Shown here: one piece after another, positions 56,946 through 64,000 of the stretch | Layout of the letters: each line of letters opens with the position of its first letter | Numbering within the stretch: position 1 is the stretch's first letter | NCBI RefSeq assembly: GCF_947568905.1 | Contig: NC_079173.1 | Span: forward strand, 15,190,001-15,254,000 | Direction of reading: 5' to 3' | Source: Ostrea edulis | Lineage: Eukaryota | DNA length: 64,000 nt | Notes under the pieces: model-generated | What the model was told of the DNA's origin: nothing | The model's database searches: none | What the model saw: the letters and a program-made list of their open reading frames with translations, nothing else | Made by a program: the position numbers and the translations under genes

Positions 56946-58915
56946 GATTTCGTTGGACATTACAGCTGATTTGTGATTAATTTTTGTGTATAGATTCAGC
57001 TCGTCACGGACTTAATTATTGTTCACCTATCGTACATTGGTACTTTATTATAATTTTCTTTCAATAATTGTAAATATATCTTATTAATTGTTTAATTACC
57101 TTTGCTATTAACTTCTGCTACGCTATCTGACACATAACAAACTCACTCAATGCGTGATAACTCCTGACAACTTTTACCGTCTACCTTGGAATACAGCACA
57201 GAGCCTGTACTTCCCCTCTTCTGTGATCATCGGCGGAAAGCGTATGGTGTTAGGGAGATAATCTGAGAGTTAGCAAATCTATTAATTTAATTTATATTTT
57301 GTTTTGTTCTTAAATACCTGCATGTAGATAGATACATGTAGGTAGGCAGAGAGAGAGGAGAGAGAGAGTTATTATATATGTATACGTAATTTTGAAAATA
57401 CAGTAATGTCATTTAAATATCGTAAGGTTTGTTTATATCGTATGCTTGACATATTGAGAGGGAGGTCCAGAAAATTTCAAACGTGAGAGGTGTTGCGACC
57501 CACGTTTGCATCTTGTCCAAATGGGAGGAGAAAGATGGCCAAAACCTTATTTGTTAAAGATGTTCAATCTAGAGACGATTGGGTTGTAACACCCATAACC
57601 CCCACCCTCTAGATCTGCCTCTGCAGATAATAGGAATTGATGCTAAGTAATTGAACTAAAATCCCATTCCAACATTCCCGAAAAATCATCTCCATAAGAA
57701 ATAATGGCTATCTTAAATCAACCTCCTTCCATTCCCTTCATTCGATAAAAATTTAAGCAAGATGCATTTACTAAACACTGATGCCCCCGTATGGTAACAA
57801 AGTTGATGGTGGACTAGGTTAAAAGTTTTTCAAATGTAGGTAAAAAACAAAGGTCAAAATTAGTTTCAGTTCAAGTCGTGTAATAAAGAATACACATCTG
57901 AAATATGAAGGCCCTATCTCCAAGCATTCAGACTATATGCCCACGATCATGGGAGCATAAAAATGCATGTTCAATGTCAGCATAATGTAAACTGTGAAAA
58001 TATAGCCAGGCTGAAAGCAGTAGAAATATTAAAAAAAGCTTTACTTGCACAAGTCTCAAATACCAGAACACACACAGTATACATTGTAGAATTCACGTGA
58101 CCAGAATAGGGCAATTTATTCTGTAGATGTTGAGGTTCGAGAATAGTGTGAAATAAATAAAAAATATCAACGAATTTATTCAAACTTGTTGTTGAGCAAA
58201 TCATGCAATACTTCCATCACGAATACTGCTTTTTGTTTAAATGAAATGACATAAGGACAACATAAGTATACATGTACACAGGCAGATAAATTAATATTTG
58301 AGGATTTTCTGTGTAAGAAATAAAACATAGTATCACAGCGAAGCTCTGAAAATATCACAGCATAAGGAAGCGTCGACATACATGTACATCACGTGGACAT
58401 ACACCACGTGGACACACACCATGTGAACATACACCACGTGGACACACACTACGCTTTACAGTATTCTGAAATGTAGTCACGTTGTACTAGATTCCATCTG
58501 ATATCAGTGGTTCTACCCATTCACATCCTCCAATTCAATGTCTACAGCCATTTGTGATATGAAAACAAATATGGTCACCGATCTTTCTATTTGCACACTG
58601 CACTTAATGAAGGAAAGAATTCACCATATTTTTTTTTTACGTTATACTGTTAAATACATAAACAACTTCACTCGGCTTCGGATGTCACACATGGGGAGAG
58701 AAAAAAAAACAATTCGTTTTTTTTAAGTTAAAAACACAAAATACGTCATGATAGAACTTCTTCTGTCGTCCAATCCAACATGAAGTTTCTGAGAGGTTAT
58801 AAAAGTCGTACACGTGGTGTTAGAAACATTGGATTCAGTAGAAACACGGATCGCGGATACAACATCTGCTGCAACCACTACCCCTCAGGGAAACCTTTAC
58901 TGTAGTAAGTCGTCA

Positions 58916-61900
58916 TCAGCTGGTGGTATTTTGAATCTCCTTGTCCATTTTCTCTTTTGCCCACCGAAGTTGTAAGGTGCGGTCCACACGGTCCATAAAC
59001 GCTGAATGGGCGGGACGATGACGTAATCGATGTCTCTGAAATAAGTGAAGAACCAGGTGTTATAACTGTCTGAAGAGGGATTTAAGGCGAAAGCGCTAGC
59101 AATGAAATGTACATTTATACAATAACTTGTAATTACACAGACTCACATTTAGCTCGCCTGGCTTTGTTGGCCAATGTCCCTTAGGTAGTATCCAATCAGC
59201 ATCGTACTTCTTATCCGGGGTCTTAGGTGGTGCCATCTGTCTGCCGCGAATGTCTCGATCAGTAGCTTTCTCCAAAGGTACTCCATGAACTGTGGAACAT
59301 AGTGCAAAATTATAGTGAATAGTCAGTGAAATCTAGGACAACCAGGTTATCCTAGGTCATTTAATCGATGTAGTACGTGCAAATATAACCCCCACATATT
59401 CCCAAAACACTATTACAATTGAAAGTAATTGTAATTTCTTATGATTACAATTTTGATTTTTTTTTTTTGCATTATAATTTGTATCTATTGATCAACATCA
59501 TCAGACGGGAATAAATATACATGCTGGTGACTATGAGTAACTTACTGATATTCAGTCTGCCTGTGTGGAAGTAGATGTTATACGGGTCCTTATCATAGTC
59601 CATAACAAACTCGTCTAGACCAAGCTTTTTGATTGGTGGATACTGGAAATAAATTCGGATTGATATCATTAAATTTTACTATGATGACATCTAAACTTAT
59701 ATGTATATGGGTAAAAAGTTCAGACTGTTTGGCAAATCTTGATTTTTTTTAACTTGAATGATCTATTATAGCAAGATTTCGCGAGAAGTAAAGATTGATT
59801 GATTGAATAGTGTTTAACGTCCCTTTTGAGAATATTTCACTCATATGGATACGTCACCATTGCCGGTGAAGGGCTGCAAAAGTTAGGTCTATGCTCGGCG
59901 CTTACGGCCACACCTGCTGTGACACGGGGCCTCGATTTTTGCGGTCTCATCCGAAGGACCGCCCCATTTAATCGCCTCTTACGACAAGCAAGGGGTACTG
60001 AGGACCTATTCTAACCCGGAGCCCCTCGGGAGAAGTAAAGAAAGATTGATTTAAAAATCAATGGTTGATAAATTGGTAAACCATTGCTTGCTTAACTGAG
60101 TAACCGTTTTTGAGTTGACATTAGTGCACACATATATGAGGGTTTTCTATAGAGTTCATGGACAAGTGTCGTTCAATGCGAAACTGGCGCCAAACACTTA
60201 CAAAATATACACCATAATAAAAACCACTTATGATTAGTACAAATATTGGACATATTATAAAATCGTGTGACATAAAGAAAAAAATCCATTGATTTATACT
60301 TGATATTACACAACGAGACAGAACAGTTCCAAAATACTCATACATAAGGGAAGGGAAACGGTCATGTGCGTAGGAATGTGGTCGTCGAAGGGAAGGAGAT
60401 CTCCAAAGAAAGCCCTTTGTCCTCCAGATTGGAATTTGGGTCTGGGTTACCACCCCATTCATGGAAGGAAAGCTACACAAGAAATTCAAATCAGACTGGG
60501 ATAACTACCGTCGGGATCGAGGAAAATGGGGGTGGAGAAGGCAGCATAACGATGTTGGGCTAAAGCCTTCGAGAAGATCAATGGTAGCTCGCAAAAGCTG
60601 CACGAGATGGGGAAAAAGGGATGTACGGACAATGTATGCTGCAGGGGTAGTAGCACATGTGGCAAGTGAGATGAATATATACAGAATAAATATCATCAAG
60701 ATAGATGATAGTAGGTGGACTGGAATTGGAATAACTAGGCTGGCAACAGGAAAGACAATAGTGTGTGCAGAAGAAGACTGTTAGACAGTACAATAAAGGG
60801 GTGGTGCTTATTGTCACAGGACGTGCAGAAAATGTTATGGAGTGGGAGTCAATGACTAGTAGGATGATCAGTGCAAGGTTCTATTCGGCATACAGTAGTA
60901 CAGGTATATGCGACAACGAAAGAGACGGGGGAAGGAGACAAATAGGAGTTACGAGAGACGACTTCAGTGCTAAGGTCAGCGCATCACGGGAAGGATGTTT
61001 GTTTTACGACCCGGTGAGAATTAATCATTCATATTGAGTCCCCATCGGTTGTAGGGGAAGTGTCACAAAATTAGAACTATGCTTAGCGCTCAGGGCCATA
61101 CTATCCAAGGTTCTTTAACGAGCCAACGCCTGCTGCGACACAGGACCTCTGTTAATAAGGTCATATCTGAAAGACCCATGATTCTCACTTTGAAATGCCG
61201 AGCGTTTGGCGAAGGAACAATCACTGCAATGTATATTTGCGTCTTTAGTTTGACGCAACCATGGCACGAGCGATGCTCGTACTCACAACCTACCAGTTAC
61301 GACGTGAACGTCTACCAATGAGCGTCATAAGAAGGTATAGAGTAGGAGAGATGAATGACAATGGCGAGAGGCTGTGTGAGTTCATAAGCACACATGGGAT
61401 GGTAACCACAGGAACTATATTCCCGCACAAAGAGGTCCACATGACAACATGGAGATCAACTGATAGAACAGAGAACCAGATATATCACGTACTGATATCA
61501 GGTCAGACAAGACAATCAGTGTTGGTCACAAGATGTAAGCAGTGACCACAGTTTACTGAAGATAAAATGATAATAAAGCTGAAGAAAGTAACACAGAGGA
61601 ACAAAGCAAGGGAGGGGTATGACCTTCAGAAACTAGAGAGACTGAATATCAGGAAAAGGTACAGAATGGAGGTCAAGAACAGGATACAAGCACTGATGGG
61701 GCTCGAACGGGTAGAAGAGTTAAGTGAAGTTGTGGGAAAAATGATTTAAATGCAGTAGAGAAGGCGATTTGTTAGACCAGAAAGAAGAGCCAGCCATGGA
61801 GAGGAGCGGATACTTAGAAGAAAGTAAAAGTACGAAGAGTAGTGAAAGTGAAGCCAGCTGAGACGAGATCAGAAAAAAAGTGAAAGGGGCTGAGGCAGTA

Positions 61901-63968
61901 CAGAGATACGGATAGGGGTGAATAGGAGTGTGGGAAACAACAAGAGAAAGTGGACTGCAGATTTAACAGAGTAAGCAGAAAAAACAGCGGAGAACGGAAG
62001 GATGAAGGGGTTGCACGACTTAACCAGGGTACTGACAGAAGGGATGAAGAAACAGTCAGGAGAGAAGGATACAGACGGCATACTGAGGACAGAAAAGTCA
62101 GAGAGGATGGCTAGATAGGTAGAACATTTGAGGAGAGTGCTCAAACCCAGAGCACTCAGTAGCAGAAGAAGAGGTGGAGATGATAGAAGTGGGAGAAAGA
62201 CACTGCGGAAAGGTTAGTCAATTTGAGGTGATACAATGTAGCAGCACTGCAAAGGTGAAGAAGGGTAAGGCACATGAAAAAGACACAGTGGAGACCTGCT
62301 AAATGTAGATATGAAAGCGAGACAAATAAGAGGCTCACAGACCTGTTCAACATTATATGGCAAGAGTTCAAGGGCTAATTGTGAATATGTTGAAGAAAGG
62401 AGAGACGGTAACAGCTGGAGAGGAGTGACACTGCTATGGTTTATGAGTAAGGTGTTTGAGTGAAGAATGGCAGACAGAATGAGAACGGGGGTTGCAAAAA
62501 CAGAAAGGAAGGAACAAGTAGGATTTAGACAGGCAAGAGAATCATTTCATCCGATATTCATCCTGAGGAATATCATCAAATAAGCACACGAATGAAATGG
62601 AAAAGCGGTTTTATTTACTTCATGCACCAGAAGAACCTTTGGGAAATATTAGAATCGTATGGGGTGCCAGAGAAGATGGTCAAGATGATTAGAGAGTTGT
62701 ACAATGGGTTTGAGTGTGCCGTGATTGAAGAGAGAGAAATATCAGAAAGGTTTCAGATCAAAACCGGAGTTCAGCAGAGATATATCATTACAGGTTTCCT
62801 GTTCCTACTCGCAAATAAGAAGAGCGGTTAAGACTAGGAATCATGTGGGTAGTATTGATCAGATAAATGGGGAATGGTCTACTAAATGTAAGCATGAATT
62901 ATAAAATACAATGTTCATTAAGAGCCGTCAATTAGTTTGAAAAGTAATACAATGTAAGCCAGTCCATGAATTTTACGTCATATACACAATGTACAGGTGT
63001 AAATAAAGCGTCTAGACCTCTGATGTGGCCCGGGTTAATGTATGGGGTTATCATCGCACCAACGCCTTTTGCAATTGAAATCTTGATTTAATGGTACATG
63101 TATTATCCGAAAGAACCACGACTTTCAATTATAATACCTTCATTCTAAAACATCGTTCGAAATCTTGCAGTGTGTCATCTGACTTTCTATAATTTGTGGG
63201 TGTGACCGGTCAACAGGGGATGCTTACTCCTCCTAGGCACCTGATCCCACCTCTGGTGTGTCCAGGGGTCCGTGCTTGCCCAACTATCTATTTTGTATTG
63301 CTTATAGGAGTTATGAGATAGATCACTGTTCGTTATCTTCACCTTGCATGTATGACTACGGAATTAGTAACTTGAAAATAAAAATCCCGATGATGAAGGT
63401 GACATTGATACATGTAATTCGCCCGGAGTGGGCTTTTCTCATAATATACACTATGCATAAATACAAATCTGATCCTCAAGACTGCACTTACACCTCGGAA
63501 ATCATGAGGTTTAGGGTTTACAAATTCCCCAGCCTTATACATTCCTTCCGTGACGAATTTCTTCTTCGCTGTGAACGGGCGATCTATGTGATAGCGTAGT
63601 ATCATTCGCCCCTCGTCTGGTTTCTTCGGTCGCAGCATATGTGGTATCACAGTTCTTTCGGGTCTCTTCACCGGTTTGTTTGTACCCGGGTATGTTCCAA
63701 AGTTCTCGGGTTTCATGGATTCTCTGGAATTTCGTTTGGGAGGTTTTGGCGCGAAAATTTGTGGACGAAAATCTGGAGGAGGGCGTTTCCAAATGTCGTT
63801 GTCTTTTTCGGGCTCGACCTTCGAATAATTCTCACTCCGAATCTGGATGAGGGACTCGTTTGCGTCATATTGTGTTTTAGATGTGAATCCAAATGGAACA
63901 TAGGTGAAAGAGCTAGCGGCACTGGCCATCCGTCCATCGCTACGTGACATCATGTCAATGTCGCTCAT
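58916..63968 (-). CDS. Uncharacterised Pro/basic-rich protein, 278 aa; complement(join(58916..59035,59147..59289,59546..59642,63492..63968)); from memory resembles C7orf78-type proteins
   Basis: Four exons join in frame with canonical GT-AG sites: ...NPKPHDFRG|YPPIKKLGLDEFVMDYDKDPYNIYFHTGRLNI|IHGVPLEK...HWPTKPGELN|RHRLRHRPAHSAFMDRVDRTLQLRWAKEKMDKEIQNTTS*. An acceptor at 63987-63988 implies an upstream non-coding exon. The family assignment is recollection only. Confidence 0.85.
59795..60029 (-). mobile_element. SINE family B' with TSD
   Basis: 12-bp TSD gagaagtaaaga at 59783 and 60030. Confidence 0.85.
60330..62860 (+). mobile_element. Decayed RTE-type non-LTR retrotransposon (APE endonuclease and RT remnants) in intron of the - strand gene
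   Basis: VRTMY..SRWTGIG..LATG, GEMNDNGERLCEF...GTIFPHKEVHMTTWRS..ENQIYHVLIS, WEILESYGVPEKMVKMIRELY...FQIKTGVQQ; many stops and frameshifts; interrupted by a degenerate family B SINE at ~61040-61310. Confidence 0.85.
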
Positions 63969-64000
63969 TTTGACGAGAAGCCCGATCTGTTAAATGAAAC

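Overview
AT-rich eukaryotic (metazoan) DNA. The repeat landscape suggests a bivalve, probably an oyster (inference). Two spliced, convergent protein-coding genes were assembled by eye. (1) A + strand class B1 (secretin-family) GPCR of calcitonin/CGRP/DH31-receptor type: 11 coding exons, 11192-49800, 534 aa, with a ~22 kb first intron, one GC-AG intron and the 42-nt TM7 exon typical of class B receptors. (2) A - strand 4-exon gene for a 278-aa Pro/Lys/Arg-rich uncharacterised protein (63968-58916). The rest is introns and intergenic DNA packed with tRNA-derived SINEs, Helentron-type non-autonomous elements, TTAA-flanked MITEs, palindromic elements, Penelope-like RT fragments, a decayed RTE-type LINE, minisatellites and two N gaps. 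Most notable observations: (a) a tandem pair of intact minimal type-I hammerhead ribozymes 338 nt apart, with retrozyme architecture, antisense in GPCR intron 1; (b) a 46-bp minisatellite built from a GPCR exon/intron junction that has amplified the splice donor; (c) a 64-copy 33-bp intronic array forming a 719-codon Asp/Ser ORF; (d) a SINE subfamily with a fixed, structured, non-tRNA 5' end. All coordinates were counted manually, and no database searches were run.
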